Virus record (IMG/VR): IMGVR_UViG_3300037512_000782
Span: 252,732 to 316,731 of that record
Length of the DNA: 64,000 nt
From: a virus
Lineage: Duplodnaviria > Heunggongvirae > Uroviricota > Caudoviricetes
Strand: one strand, 5' to 3'
Shown: positions 18,095-27,112 of the stretch, in pieces
Layout of the letters: every line of letters starts with the position of its first letter
Position numbering within the stretch: the first letter of the stretch is position 1
Program-made: the position numbers and the translations under genes
The notes under the pieces: generated by a model
Told to the model about the DNA's origin: nothing
Databases searched by the model: none
The model's input: the letters and a program-made list of their open reading frames with translations, nothing else

Positions 18095-18125
18095 GCTGTG
18101 AACAGTGCTTCACGGCTTCTTTTTT
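18093..18125 (+). terminator. intrinsic terminator
   Basis: AAGCTGTGAA-CAGTGC-TTCACGGCTT then C and a T-run. Confidence 0.75.
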
Positions 18126-18142
18126 CGCCGTCGGATCGGACA

Positions 18143-18169
18143 GACTGGCATGGACAGCACGGGGCTGAC
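18143..18169 (+). promoter_or_regulatory. cassette element copy 25 (degenerate)
   Basis: GACTGGCATGGACAGCACGGGGCTGAC. Confidence 0.65.
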
Positions 18170-18262
18170 ATGTCCCAAAATGTCCAGACCGTCGCGAACC
18201 CTTAAAAAATATTTTTTACTTACGTGCGCACGTATGGAACCGTGGGCACAAGGAGAACCATC

Positions 18263-18421
18263 ATGCAACATCAATATGAAATCCACGCACTTATCGGTGA
18301 CGACTATCATGACACTCACCACACCGTACGAGGTACGTATCGTGAATGTATGAAGGAACTCAGATCACGAAGGCAACCAGGCCAGAAACTAGACATCTTC
18401 CACAAGGAAATAATCAAGTGA
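18263..18421 (+). CDS. hypothetical protein (52 aa)
   Basis: SD AAGGAG. Confidence 0.6.
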   Translation: MQHQYEIHALIGDDYHDTHHTVRGTYRECMKELRSRRQPGQKLDIFHKEIIK

Positions 18422-18788
18422 CAACTTGTCCGCACACTTCCGCTATGTCGGTTTGTTCGCGAAGCGTTGTCTCCATTTAAAATCTCCACGAGGAGGAAGC
18501 TAACTTTATTAACCTGGGCTAACTTAGTCGCGCCTTACTTATTACCTTATCCGAACCCGTCCGCGCAGTCCGCACAGAGCCGCCGAAGGGCGAACCGAGG
18601 CCCACACGCGAGACCCCCAGGCCGACCGATGTTTCCCTACTTAATTGTAAACATTTAGCTACAAAACGTGCTTTCGAGTTTGACTGACGGACGGGGACTG
18701 CCCAACTCCGTGTACCAGTTCCCAACCCCACGAACGGCATCCCAACAGAATGCACAAGTGGGCATGATGTGAACCCCTGATCTTGAAA

Positions 18789-18814
18789 ACAACTTATCAA
18801 CAATCTATCCACAA
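18789..18814. repeat. Second cluster of the same 11-bp repeat
   Basis: acaacttatca acaatctatcc acaa; CTATCCACA matches the DnaA box TTATCCACA at 8 of 9 positions. Confidence 0.8.
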
Positions 18815-18888
18815 TGAATACCCAGATATCCACACCTTGCCGACGGTTCCCATCCAATGCCCCATAGGGCGCAAGTCGGGAACCTACG

Positions 18889-18915
18889 GACTTGTTGTGC
18901 GACTGCGGGACTGCC
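18889..18915 (+). promoter_or_regulatory. cassette element copy 26
   Basis: GACTTGTTGTGCGACTGCGGGACTGCC. Confidence 0.8.
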
Positions 18916-18961
18916 TCTCTGTATTATGGTACGCGAGGACAACCTACAAGGAGAATGCAAT

Positions 18962-19483
18962 ATGAATGAAACGGAACAAGTAAAGGACATTACACCTACC
19001 GTATGGCGCATACTTGGGTGTGTGCTATTGGGGCTAGTTGCTCTGTTCTGTCTTGGGTGGTTCACTGGCTGTAGCGGTGACAATGGTACGAGCGTACCGA
19101 GTAGGATCTGCTACGACAAGGAGCTTGGGTATTCGGATGTTGCCAACAATGGCGACTACACGGAATATGCTAGTGAGTGGCTGGAAGTTGCTTGTACTGG
19201 CGGATGGATAGGGAACGACTGCGTGTCGTACGACAACCACGCTACCATAGTGAAGCACGTCTGCTTGGAGAACGTGGACGATGATCCGAGTACGGAGCCG
19301 AGGCCGAGGACTAAGGAGAAGGTCTGCGCTGTGTACTACTACTTCAAGTCCCATAGTGACGGAACAATGCAGATATACATAGACGAGGGCGGCAAGGAGA
19401 GTACGGACGATGTAGTCAGCCGATTTACGAATGCGCACATTGATTTGGACATAAATAAGATAGATGAAGTCTGTCACTACTAG
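18962..19483 (+). CDS. putative lipoprotein
   Basis: Hydrophobic N-region then lipobox-like FTG-C; SD. Confidence 0.65.
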   Translation: MNETEQVKDITPTVWRILGCVLLGLVALFCLGWFTGCSGDNGTSVPSRICYDKELGYSDVANNGDYTEYASEWLEVACTGGWIGNDCVSYDNHATIVKHVCLENVDDDPSTEPRPRTKEKVCAVYYYFKSHSDGTMQIYIDEGGKESTDDVVSRFTNAHIDLDINKIDEVCHY

Positions 19484-19509
19484 AATGGTCGTGCGACTGC
19501 GGGACTGCC
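19483..19509 (+). promoter_or_regulatory. cassette element copy 27
   Basis: GAATGGTCGTGCGACTGCGGGACTGCC. Confidence 0.8.
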
Positions 19510-19550
19510 TCTCTGTACTATTGTGTATGAACAAACCAAGGAACACTAAA

Positions 19551-19901
19551 ATGAAGAAACTAATCATCATTATTGCTGCTTGCCTCTCCATTCACGCGAT
19601 GGCAAGCAAATGTACCGTCGAAAGCAACGGTACATCCGCATCCGCACGTTATATTGACATTGTGGATGGTTGCGAATATAGCATGCTGGTATTCAAGGAT
19701 AACAGCAAGCTCAAGGTCAATGGGACATGCCATGACGGGAGTTCTAGCGTATATACGGTCGAAAAGGTCAGCGGCATGTATTACGAAAGCCTTCTCGCAT
19801 GGGATAAATACGGCGTGATGATAACTGAACAGTATTCTACGCCTAAGAAACGCCCTGGCGACGTATGGCATGAACGCATGACCGAATTTTGCAACAACTA
19901 G
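19551..19901 (+). CDS. putative exported protein
   Basis: Signal peptide MKKLIIIIAACLSIHAMA. Confidence 0.7.
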   Translation: MKKLIIIIAACLSIHAMASKCTVESNGTSASARYIDIVDGCEYSMLVFKDNSKLKVNGTCHDGSSSVYTVEKVSGMYYESLLAWDKYGVMITEQYSTPKKRPGDVWHERMTEFCNN

Positions 19902-19910
19902 GAGGCCGAT

Positions 19911-20405
19911 ATGTTGTTTGACTCTTTGTTGAATCGACTTGGGTATCGTAAGGTCGTAAAGTCCCCTACATATTCCGAGTTCGTCAAGAAGAAGGAAGAT
20001 AGGGTAGAATACCTGAAGACCCTTGCCGTACCCTTGATCAAGAAAATCGTCGATGATTTTGTCAATAACGGCGAGTACATCAATTCTATTATCAAGCACA
20101 TTTACCGTCACCGAACAATGCAAGTCGAGTTTGCGTTTCACGACTGGGGCTGTCTTGGCAAGAAAGGTTATGAATATGAGTTTACCGACAGAAGCTTTTC
20201 GGTTAGATTTTCGGTTCATGAACGATATCAGTTGTATGGTTTTGACTATTCTGCCGTGTTTTACGAGGAATTGTCAAAATCGTTGAGTAGGTATGAACTT
20301 ACCGTGAAGCTCAATGAAGAATACGGAGAGCATTATATCGTTCCGTTGAACGAAGATACTGATAAGAGAGCCAAGCTTTGTTTGGACGCTATGGCGGTAA
20401 GCTAA
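19911..20405 (+). CDS. hypothetical protein
   Basis: SD AGGAGG. Confidence 0.75.
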   Translation: MLFDSLLNRLGYRKVVKSPTYSEFVKKKEDRVEYLKTLAVPLIKKIVDDFVNNGEYINSIIKHIYRHRTMQVEFAFHDWGCLGKKGYEYEFTDRSFSVRFSVHERYQLYGFDYSAVFYEELSKSLSRYELTVKLNEEYGEHYIVPLNEDTDKRAKLCLDAMAVS

Positions 20406-20425
20406 ATTTAAGGAAAGGATAACCA

Positions 20426-20875
20426 ATGGGATTACTTACAAGTCTTGCAGCGGCGAAATATTTGTTTAGCGGTAGTGGAAAGGGTGGCGGCGGAGGCCAT
20501 GCCGTGTACGTTCCGCCCTCGCCAGAGGAACTTGCCGCGATGGCGCAAAGAAAGGCCGAATATGCTCAGCGTTGGGCCGACTTCAAGGAACATACTCCGA
20601 TCGGCGTATTCGGCTCCAATTGTGCAGACTTTATCGCATGGGTGACTTTCGGGTCTCCTGGGTGGATTTGGTTTGTGCTTCTTGGGATATTGATTGCGTT
20701 GTTCCTAGTAGGGATGTACTTCGTCAAGGGCGACATGGACGAGGTGACACTAGAGAAAATGTGGTCATTTTGGATATGGTCAGCATTAGGCACGATGACA
20801 TTGGTACTGTTAGCCCTTGACTCCATCGTCATGCTGATACGGTTTGTCGTGTGGCTGTTCTCGCCAGTATTCTGA
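20426..20875 (+). CDS. membrane protein (2-3 TM)
   Basis: Hydrophobic segments; SD AAGGA. Confidence 0.75.
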   Translation: MGLLTSLAAAKYLFSGSGKGGGGGHAVYVPPSPEELAAMAQRKAEYAQRWADFKEHTPIGVFGSNCADFIAWVTFGSPGWIWFVLLGILIALFLVGMYFVKGDMDEVTLEKMWSFWIWSALGTMTLVLLALDSIVMLIRFVVWLFSPVF

Positions 20876-20878
20876 CTA

Positions 20879-20905
20879 GACTGGTCGTGGCGTGGCGGGA
20901 CTGCC
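20879..20905 (+). promoter_or_regulatory. cassette element copy 28
   Basis: GACTGGTCGTGGCGTGGCGGGACTGCC; stem GCGTGGC/GCCACGC. Confidence 0.85.
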
Positions 20906-20945
20906 ACGCTGGTTTATTGGGCGTGTACGAACCAAGGAGAACTAT

Positions 20946-21479
20946 ATGGGAATTGCCGATAAGGATGTCGTGAGGATAGGCGACCAGATGTGGATGAGCC
21001 GTGAGCTGTCCATGACCGCCGATCCGTCGAAGGGCATATACGAGGACAACGGTACTTCGTACTTCACTTGGGAAGCTGCGGTCAATGCCGCTGAATCGGT
21101 TGGCGACGGCTGGAGGCTCCCCACGGTGGCAGACTGGAAGAAGCTGACTGACTTCTGCGGTGGAACTTCGGTGGCTGGACGGAAGGTCAAGTCCGTTTCC
21201 GGATGGGAGAAGGCGTACGAGGGCAAGAACGGAGCCGACGAGGTTGGCTTCTGCGGAAGGCCGCTTGGCTACTATTCTCCTGGTTGCAAGCGAGTGATAT
21301 ACCAAGGGATTTCGGTTGGGTACTGGAGTACGGACTTCGACGACTACGTGAACGAGTACGGAGAGAAGGTACACGAACCCATCTATTGGGCGCTTGAGGC
21401 ACACCACTACGGGTTCGGCGAGGGATCCGTGGACGGTCGCGTGGGTCACTGCGTCCGACTGGTGAAGGACTGTGGGTAA
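20946..21479 (+). CDS. Fibrobacter succinogenes major paralogous (FISUMP) domain protein
   Basis: VRIGDQMWMSRELS, YFTWEAA, GWRLPTVADW, YWST, CVRLVKD. Confidence 0.8.
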   Translation: MGIADKDVVRIGDQMWMSRELSMTADPSKGIYEDNGTSYFTWEAAVNAAESVGDGWRLPTVADWKKLTDFCGGTSVAGRKVKSVSGWEKAYEGKNGADEVGFCGRPLGYYSPGCKRVIYQGISVGYWSTDFDDYVNEYGEKVHEPIYWALEAHHYGFGEGSVDGRVGHCVRLVKDCG

Positions 21480-21503
21480 AAATTTTTTAACATCGAGGGC
21501 ATT

Positions 21504-21941
21504 ATGAAAACGGAACGCAGACAAGCTACCAACTATGTGACGGGCGGCGTCGAGTACACCTTCTTGGTGGACGGTGCGCCCGTACCGAAGGAATTGGACT
21601 TGAAGGACTACTACATCGTCCGTCTTGGGAACTTCACCTACCGCATATTCAAGAAGGTGAAGACGGAAGTGGAGCATGCGGTTCTCGAAAGGTGGAACGC
21701 CAAGGGTCGCGAGTACTTGAACCTCTCTTGGGTTCCGAAGGGCTGGAGTCCGTCCGGAGCTTCGCTGATGGCTATAGCTAAGGGCGGAGAAGACCAGGTG
21801 GTCAGCGGTAGCCAAGCGGAGTGCAAGGCCGAGGACGGACAGATTCTGTACGCCCTTCCTCACGACTTCGACTGCTTGGGAGCCGCCGAGGACAACTTGC
21901 GCTTGATTGACGCCTTGCTGAAGATGCAAGGGAATGGCTAG
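21504..21941 (+). CDS. hypothetical protein
   Basis: SD GAGG. Confidence 0.7.
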   Translation: MKTERRQATNYVTGGVEYTFLVDGAPVPKELDLKDYYIVRLGNFTYRIFKKVKTEVEHAVLERWNAKGREYLNLSWVPKGWSPSGASLMAIAKGGEDQVVSGSQAECKAEDGQILYALPHDFDCLGAAEDNLRLIDALLKMQGNG

Positions 21942-21958
21942 GGCGTGGCGGGACTGCC
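21932..21958 (+). promoter_or_regulatory. cassette element copy 29
   Basis: GAATGGCTAGGGCGTGGCGGGACTGCC. Confidence 0.8.
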
Positions 21959-22001
21959 TCGCCCTTCTATGGGATATGCACAGCCGAAAAGGAGAACCGA
22001 T

Positions 22002-22367
22002 ATGAAGAAGCAACCTACCGAGAAGGAACTGACCGAGACCGCCGTGAAGAAGGGTCTCGCTGTCATCGACACCGCCAAGTACTTCATGGACGAAGTGAAC
22101 CGAGTGATCTCCGCTTGCACGAAGCGCAAGATCGTCGCACGTCGTCTCTACCACATGGGTCTGGGAGCTGGAACATTCCAAGTCCAGTATTCTCTGACCG
22201 AGGACAACGATAACAACGTCGTGGGAGAGGCTTTCGTCCTCGTCGAAGGTAAGACCGTCAAGGTCAGCATCCGCAAGCACAACCAGTTCGGCCATGTGGG
22301 AAGCCCCTACGTGAACCTCTACGGAAAGGCCGTTAAGAGGCAGTTCGAAAGGCTCCGCCTGGTCTAA
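22002..22367 (+). CDS. hypothetical protein
   Basis: Start moved to the ATG at 22002 after SD. Confidence 0.75.
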   Translation: MKKQPTEKELTETAVKKGLAVIDTAKYFMDEVNRVISACTKRKIVARRLYHMGLGAGTFQVQYSLTEDNDNNVVGEAFVLVEGKTVKVSIRKHNQFGHVGSPYVNLYGKAVKRQFERLRLV

Positions 22368-22379
22368 AGGAGAACAATC

Positions 22380-22652
22380 ATGGACGCAAGGCAGTTCGCA
22401 GAGCATATAGCCGAGTGGGGCAAGGGCCGCACCTTCGGAAGCGTGGAACAGATACTTGAAGGAATCGAGGCCGAGGCCAAGAAGGCCGTGTCCGAGGGCT
22501 GCATAGCTCGTTTCGCTTCCGTCAGCGACGCTGGCAAGGGATACTTTTTCGTAGTGGGCGACGGAAGTCCGTTCTGCTACCTTCGAGTGTTCACCACTGG
22601 CAAGAAAAAACTTTCAATCGTGAAGGTTCAGCAGCCCCGTCTGCTGAAATAG
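22380..22652 (+). CDS. hypothetical protein
   Basis: SD AAGGAG. Confidence 0.75.
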   Translation: MDARQFAEHIAEWGKGRTFGSVEQILEGIEAEAKKAVSEGCIARFASVSDAGKGYFFVVGDGSPFCYLRVFTTGKKKLSIVKVQQPRLLK

Positions 22653-22679
22653 GCACAACCTTATCAAGGAGACAGAAAA

Positions 22680-23165
22680 ATGTTAATAACCGAAAGAATC
22701 GCCAAGGCGGCGACAAAGACAATCCTCAAGAACGCCAAGGCAGACCTCGAAGCCACCCAAGGCAAGATGAAGAACGGGTTTGTTTCCGTGGAATCCGCGC
22801 TCGAACAAGTATTGACGGCCTACGACCGAGCCTTCGACAAGGGCTACGTCGTCAAGAAGTATTCGTACAAGGTGACGGTCTACAGCGAGACCCAGGGCTA
22901 CAGCCGTTCCATGAAGTACAAGAAGGCGACGGTGAAGTGTACCGTCCGCATCGAGGGCGGAAAGATCCGCGATATCGCGTTCGAGCGTGACGAACTCTAT
23001 CCTGAGCAGAAGGTATGGAGCAAGGTGGTCACTGACGGCTACGAGACGAGGAAGGACGCGCTGACCAGCTTCCTCCGCACAGACCATCCGTTCCGTACTG
23101 GCGACGAGAACGCCACTTGGGATGCGATGCTCCACAACATGCGCGACTTCGCCGTGTTCGGCTAG
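22680..23165 (+). CDS. hypothetical protein
   Basis: SD AAGGAG. Confidence 0.75.
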   Translation: MLITERIAKAATKTILKNAKADLEATQGKMKNGFVSVESALEQVLTAYDRAFDKGYVVKKYSYKVTVYSETQGYSRSMKYKKATVKCTVRIEGGKIRDIAFERDELYPEQKVWSKVVTDGYETRKDALTSFLRTDHPFRTGDENATWDAMLHNMRDFAVFG

Positions 23166-23191
23166 ACTGCTACATAGGTGGCGGGACTGCC
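23165..23191 (+). promoter_or_regulatory. cassette element copy 30
   Basis: GACTGCTACATAGGTGGCGGGACTGCC. Confidence 0.85.
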
Positions 23192-23246
23192 CCTTGTCCG
23201 TATGGGTAAGGGGCACCTACAACCATTCAACCAAGGAGTCATTACG

Positions 23247-23663
23247 ATGAAGAAGATTGCATTTGCATTTATACTGATTGTGGCGGCATTCTGCCACGCA
23301 GCCCCGTACTTTCTGATTGCGGACACGGCGAACAAGACGAAGCGCACTTGCGTACTTGTCAAGGAACCGTTGGGCACAAGCAAGGCCATGGTGTTCCGTT
23401 GCGTGAACGTTCCGGCGCATGCGGACACCGTACAGATCTCGGTGAACAAGAACTTGACGCACATCGAGGTGGACACTCTGTTTGCGGACGGTTCAAGGAA
23501 CGTGATGGCGTGTCTAGGAGAGCCGCTGTACAACCGAGTCGAGTGCCTATACGCCCGCATTGACGAGGTAGGCATAAAGGTCAGGAACAAGGTAGTGCCG
23601 CAGACTGGCACTATACAGAACATCTACAATGGCGTAAGGGAATACTACAAGCTGAAGAAGTAG
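23247..23663 (+). CDS. putative exported protein
   Basis: Signal peptide MKKIAFAFILIVAAFCHA. Confidence 0.75.
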   Translation: MKKIAFAFILIVAAFCHAAPYFLIADTANKTKRTCVLVKEPLGTSKAMVFRCVNVPAHADTVQISVNKNLTHIEVDTLFADGSRNVMACLGEPLYNRVECLYARIDEVGIKVRNKVVPQTGTIQNIYNGVREYYKLKK

Positions 23664-23667
23664 GAAA

Positions 23668-23694
23668 GACTGCTACGGAAGTGGCGGGACTGCC
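23668..23694 (+). promoter_or_regulatory. cassette element copy 31
   Basis: GACTGCTACGGAAGTGGCGGGACTGCC. Confidence 0.85.
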
Positions 23695-23749
23695 TCTTGT
23701 CCGTATGGATATGGGGCAACCTTCAAACATTCAACCAAGGAGAATCACC

Positions 23750-24250
23750 ATGAGTGACGAAGCATCTGAATTTAAGGCAATCCTGAAGACCAAGCCGAAG
23801 CCGTTCACCGCAAGCCTCAACATGAGGTGGAAGAGTCTCTACAGCCGAGTGAACAACTACATGACCAAGATGGTCGCGCACTACAACGCCCTCGTGGACT
23901 ACCACGCAGCTCTGTGCGACAAGTGGGGCGGCCCCGGCTGCTACTTGACCGAGATCTGCTGCGAGATCGAGCGATCCAGACACGACGCCATCGCGTTCCT
24001 CGAAAGGATTCGCGGTGTCATGGAAGGGCTGACGCTCGTCGGCTACGTCGTGCTGAAGAAGGACGTCAAGGACATGGCGCTGAAAGCTCTGCGTCCGGAA
24101 ATCAAGGGCATCTTCATGTTCTGCAACAGCATGGAAGAGGCCGCAGAAAGGCTCCGTATCTCCAAGGTAGGCGGTGTCGGACTGGCCGAGGACACCAGGA
24201 AATGGGGTTTAACAACTTACAAGGCGGTATTCGGATGGGAAAAGGACTGA
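23750..24250 (+). CDS. hypothetical protein
   Basis: Start moved to the ATG at 23750 after SD. Confidence 0.75.
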   Translation: MSDEASEFKAILKTKPKPFTASLNMRWKSLYSRVNNYMTKMVAHYNALVDYHAALCDKWGGPGCYLTEICCEIERSRHDAIAFLERIRGVMEGLTLVGYVVLKKDVKDMALKALRPEIKGIFMFCNSMEEAAERLRISKVGGVGLAEDTRKWGLTTYKAVFGWEKD

Positions 24251-24624
24251 TTCGCAGACCCCTCGAAAGGTTTGAATTTGAAAATTTTTATGTGATGACA
24301 CGCGCCTTCTACCCTGGCGCGGAGTTCACCGCAGAGACCGAACGCGACGGATTCGGATGGCTTTTCGGCTACGACACAAAGAAGCACGAGTTCGCCATGC
24401 ACTCCGCTTGCGTGATGGTTCAAGGCACGGTTGACGGGCCTATGTACTATGTGGCGGTAAGGCACGGACGGCAGTCTCACTGGCGCAGACTCTGCAAGAG
24501 CCACAGCGCCAAGCGCTTCCTGACGGCCTTGAAGAAGCTGTCGGAGATCGACTGGATATGCACCGAGACGAACAAGTGGGTGGACTATCTGCTGATTCGC
24601 GGGACTGCCACGGCTAGGCATTGA
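24235..24624 (+). CDS. hypothetical protein
   Basis: 3' part of track ORF 23827; overlaps the upstream stop; reads through element 32. Confidence 0.6.
   Translation: MGKGLIRRPLERFEFENFYVMTRAFYPGAEFTAETERDGFGWLFGYDTKKHEFAMHSACVMVQGTVDGPMYYVAVRHGRQSHWRRLCKSHSAKRFLTALKKLSEIDWICTETNKWVDYLLIRGTATARH
24583..24609 (+). promoter_or_regulatory. cassette element copy 32 (inside 3' end of upstream ORF)
   Basis: GACTATCTGCTGATTCGCGGGACTGCC. Confidence 0.75.
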
Positions 24625-24647
24625 TACTGCACACAAAGGAGAATGAA

Positions 24648-24935
24648 ATGGTTGGAACTATTACCGCACTTGTGATAGCGTTCGCCGTCGGACTGACGGC
24701 GGTAGGCGCTGTGGCCTTCTTCATGGCTGAACGCTACGAGGTCGCGTTCGTCTGCAACATCGTCGCTCTGTTCCTCTGGCTCCCGCAGATGGTAATGGAC
24801 GTCGAAGATCCGTGGTTCTTGATGGGCGACCTTCTTCTTGGGTGCTACTGCTTCGTGATTGCAGTATCAAGCGAGGACGAAGCCGTCGAGGACTCTGACT
24901 CAGTAGAACAATTTTTATTTGGCGAGGAAGAATAA
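24648..24935 (+). CDS. small multi-TM protein
   Basis: Three hydrophobic segments; SD. Confidence 0.75.
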   Translation: MVGTITALVIAFAVGLTAVGAVAFFMAERYEVAFVCNIVALFLWLPQMVMDVEDPWFLMGDLLLGCYCFVIAVSSEDEAVEDSDSVEQFLFGEEE

Positions 24936-25502
24936 ATGAATTTTGACCTGATTAACTTTCTGACAATTTTCGCGGCTGTAATGACAGTGGTCGGAACGGT
25001 CGCCGCTTTCTGGCGCAATTCCTTCGAGATCGCGTCGCTGTCGTACGGCATGGCCTTGTTCGTCTTTATGGTCTGGGTTATGCTGGACTTTCTGGCAACA
25101 GACCAAGTTGGTGCGACCACGCTTTCAACTATTTTGGACACCTATTTCATGCTTGTCATGGGCGGTATGTGCTTATTGTGCTACAAGTACGACATGCGGT
25201 GGAAGGAATACTTGGAGCGCAGAAGCGTGTACTATCCGAAAATGCGTATCGAGGATGTCAACGGTCGCCGTGGGACGTTCCTCGTATGGGTGAACCGAAA
25301 GGCCGGAAGAACACCAGAGGAAGTCGAAGAGTTCTTCAAGCCGTGCGGATACGTTGAAGTGACCGTACTCGACCACTACGCCGTGGTAAGGGTCAAGGAC
25401 GCCGAGAACACCCCAGATCGTGAGCTTGACAATGTCAGACAAGAGATAATGCAAATCGCGGATTTTCTCACCAAACCGAGAGACACCGACAAGGAGGTTT
25501 AG
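24936..25502 (+). CDS. membrane protein (3 TM + soluble C-domain)
   Basis: Hydrophobic N-half; coupled to upstream gene. Confidence 0.75.
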   Translation: MNFDLINFLTIFAAVMTVVGTVAAFWRNSFEIASLSYGMALFVFMVWVMLDFLATDQVGATTLSTILDTYFMLVMGGMCLLCYKYDMRWKEYLERRSVYYPKMRIEDVNGRRGTFLVWVNRKAGRTPEEVEEFFKPCGYVEVTVLDHYAVVRVKDAENTPDRELDNVRQEIMQIADFLTKPRDTDKEV

Positions 25503-25503
25503 A

Positions 25504-25776
25504 ATGGCAGAAACAAAAGGAACCGCATATCCCTTGAAGAAGGGGCAATGGGCTGAAATATCCGTCCTTGAGAACAAGCAAGTCAATCTTGGCGGATATA
25601 AGCGACACCCGTTCAGCGCAGAAGTTTCTGGTAGGAGTGTAGGCTCTCTCGTGAAGAGGCTGAAGGACTTGGGAATCGACATCACGGAAGAACAGAAGTG
25701 GGTTGCCACCTTGTACGTTTGCGAGGGCGACGCTCGAAAGGAGATCCTGAGTTTCGTGAACGGACACTGGAACTGA
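25504..25776 (+). CDS. hypothetical protein
   Basis: SD AAGGAGG. Confidence 0.75.
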   Translation: MAETKGTAYPLKKGQWAEISVLENKQVNLGGYKRHPFSAEVSGRSVGSLVKRLKDLGIDITEEQKWVATLYVCEGDARKEILSFVNGHWN

Positions 25777-25797
25777 TAGGGCCGTGGCGGGACTGCC
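25771..25797 (+). promoter_or_regulatory. cassette element copy 33
   Basis: AACTGATAGGGCCGTGGCGGGACTGCC. Confidence 0.85.
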
Positions 25798-25838
25798 ACG
25801 ACCCTTTATTCATTTGGCACAACCAACCGAGGTACAAC

Positions 25839-26171
25839 ATGGAATTTACAGACGAATTACTAAAGAAGCTGGCGTCCGAAGGTATCAACTTCAGCCGAGA
25901 AGACAACGGACACATCTGCTACATGTCCAACTATGAACACGCAAGCGCGGATATCGACCCAGTTGCCGAGAGCTTCAAGGTCGTGAACGAATGCTGCGAC
26001 CAAGACGAGTCCGGCGTCATCTGCGAACGTACGTTCGCCAACCAGTTCGACGGTCGCGTACCGAGCGCCGAGGAAGTCCTGAGGGACATCGCCAAGGCAT
26101 GCGGAGAGATCGACCAAGGACTTGAAAATGCATTCAACACTTTAAGCGGATACGACATCAAGTCGTACTAG
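25839..26171 (+). CDS. hypothetical protein
   Basis: Start moved to the ATG at 25839 (SD GAGGT). Confidence 0.75.
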   Translation: MEFTDELLKKLASEGINFSREDNGHICYMSNYEHASADIDPVAESFKVVNECCDQDESGVICERTFANQFDGRVPSAEEVLRDIAKACGEIDQGLENAFNTLSGYDIKSY

Positions 26172-26180
26172 GAGGCAACC

Positions 26181-26582
26181 ATGGCTCAAATGACCAAAAT
26201 ACTCAACCAGCTCAGCGACTTCAAGTTCCACGACAAGAAGCTCCAGACAGTCCTGGGGGACAGTCTGTTCGACTTCGCCGCTGGCCACCTCGACGATATC
26301 GACACCTTGCGCTTGACCGAACGATCCGTCCGTATTACGCTTACCGATGGGCGTGGGGATTTCTGGCTTACTTGGTTCGATGACAAGTGCATGTCCGGAT
26401 GCGGATGTACGGTCGAAGGCGACCAGTGCTACCTCTACTGGAAGGACGGCGAACCGCTGAAGGCCGTCAAGGAAAGAATCAGCAAGGTATACGACTTGTT
26501 CGTGATGACCCTCAACATCAAGAATACCCAGAGGGAACTCAAGGAGAAGTACGACGCCACCTTGCAAGACGTAATCAGATAA
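26181..26582 (+). CDS. hypothetical protein
   Basis: SD AGGAGG. Confidence 0.75.
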   Translation: MAQMTKILNQLSDFKFHDKKLQTVLGDSLFDFAAGHLDDIDTLRLTERSVRITLTDGRGDFWLTWFDDKCMSGCGCTVEGDQCYLYWKDGEPLKAVKERISKVYDLFVMTLNIKNTQRELKEKYDATLQDVIR

Positions 26583-26610
26583 AAAATAATTTTTATTTCT
26601 CTTGAAAGTA

Positions 26611-26639
26611 TTGACAAAATACTTTTCAAGAGTTATATT
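26611..26639 (+). promoter_or_regulatory. sigma70-type promoter
   Basis: TTGACA-N17-TATATT. Confidence 0.8.
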
Positions 26640-26653
26640 TTAACCAAGGAGAC

Positions 26654-27100
26654 ATGAAAATGACCGATAATTTTGTACAAGCCGAATGCTATCTGGAAAG
26701 CGGAACGTCCATCAAGGGCGATCTCGGCAGACCCTTCAACAAGAAGATGAAGGAAATCATCGACGCGCACAAGGCCGAATTGGAAGCCGCTGGTGTGTGC
26801 GTACAAGACTACGGCACGATACTGGAGTACACCAACAAACCGTCGGGTGGACGAGACTTGACTGGCCGCACTCAGCGTATCGGCTTCGTGGATGCCAAGA
26901 CGAGGTACTGGCTCATCCCTACTTGTCACCTCGAAGGCGGCGACAACACTTATATGAAGTCCATCAACGCGAAGGGAATCGAAGCCATCGACAAGCTGTT
27001 CGAGAACGAATGGTTCAAGGAACATGTCGCGCTGATGAAGTACCTCGGAAGTTCCTTTAAGTATCGTCCGTTGGTCAGTCCGTGCATTTGGTCTTTTTGA
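26654..27100 (+). CDS. hypothetical protein
   Basis: SD after sigma70 promoter. Confidence 0.75.
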   Translation: MKMTDNFVQAECYLESGTSIKGDLGRPFNKKMKEIIDAHKAELEAAGVCVQDYGTILEYTNKPSGGRDLTGRTQRIGFVDAKTRYWLIPTCHLEGGDNTYMKSINAKGIEAIDKLFENEWFKEHVALMKYLGSSFKYRPLVSPCIWSF

Positions 27101-27112
27101 TAAGGAATATCT

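Noticed and set aside
18676-18702. GACTGACGGACGGGGACTGCC as an extra copy
   Set aside because: Core is present but the half-site spacing is wrong and no SD-led gene follows; not counted.
20829-22406. Long antisense ORFs (e.g. 525 aa at 20829-22406, 576 aa at 36138-37868, 639 aa at 61087-63006, 359 aa at 919-1998)
   Set aside because: These are shadows of real genes on the other strand caused by strong C/G third-position bias; they have no SD and no recognisable motifs.
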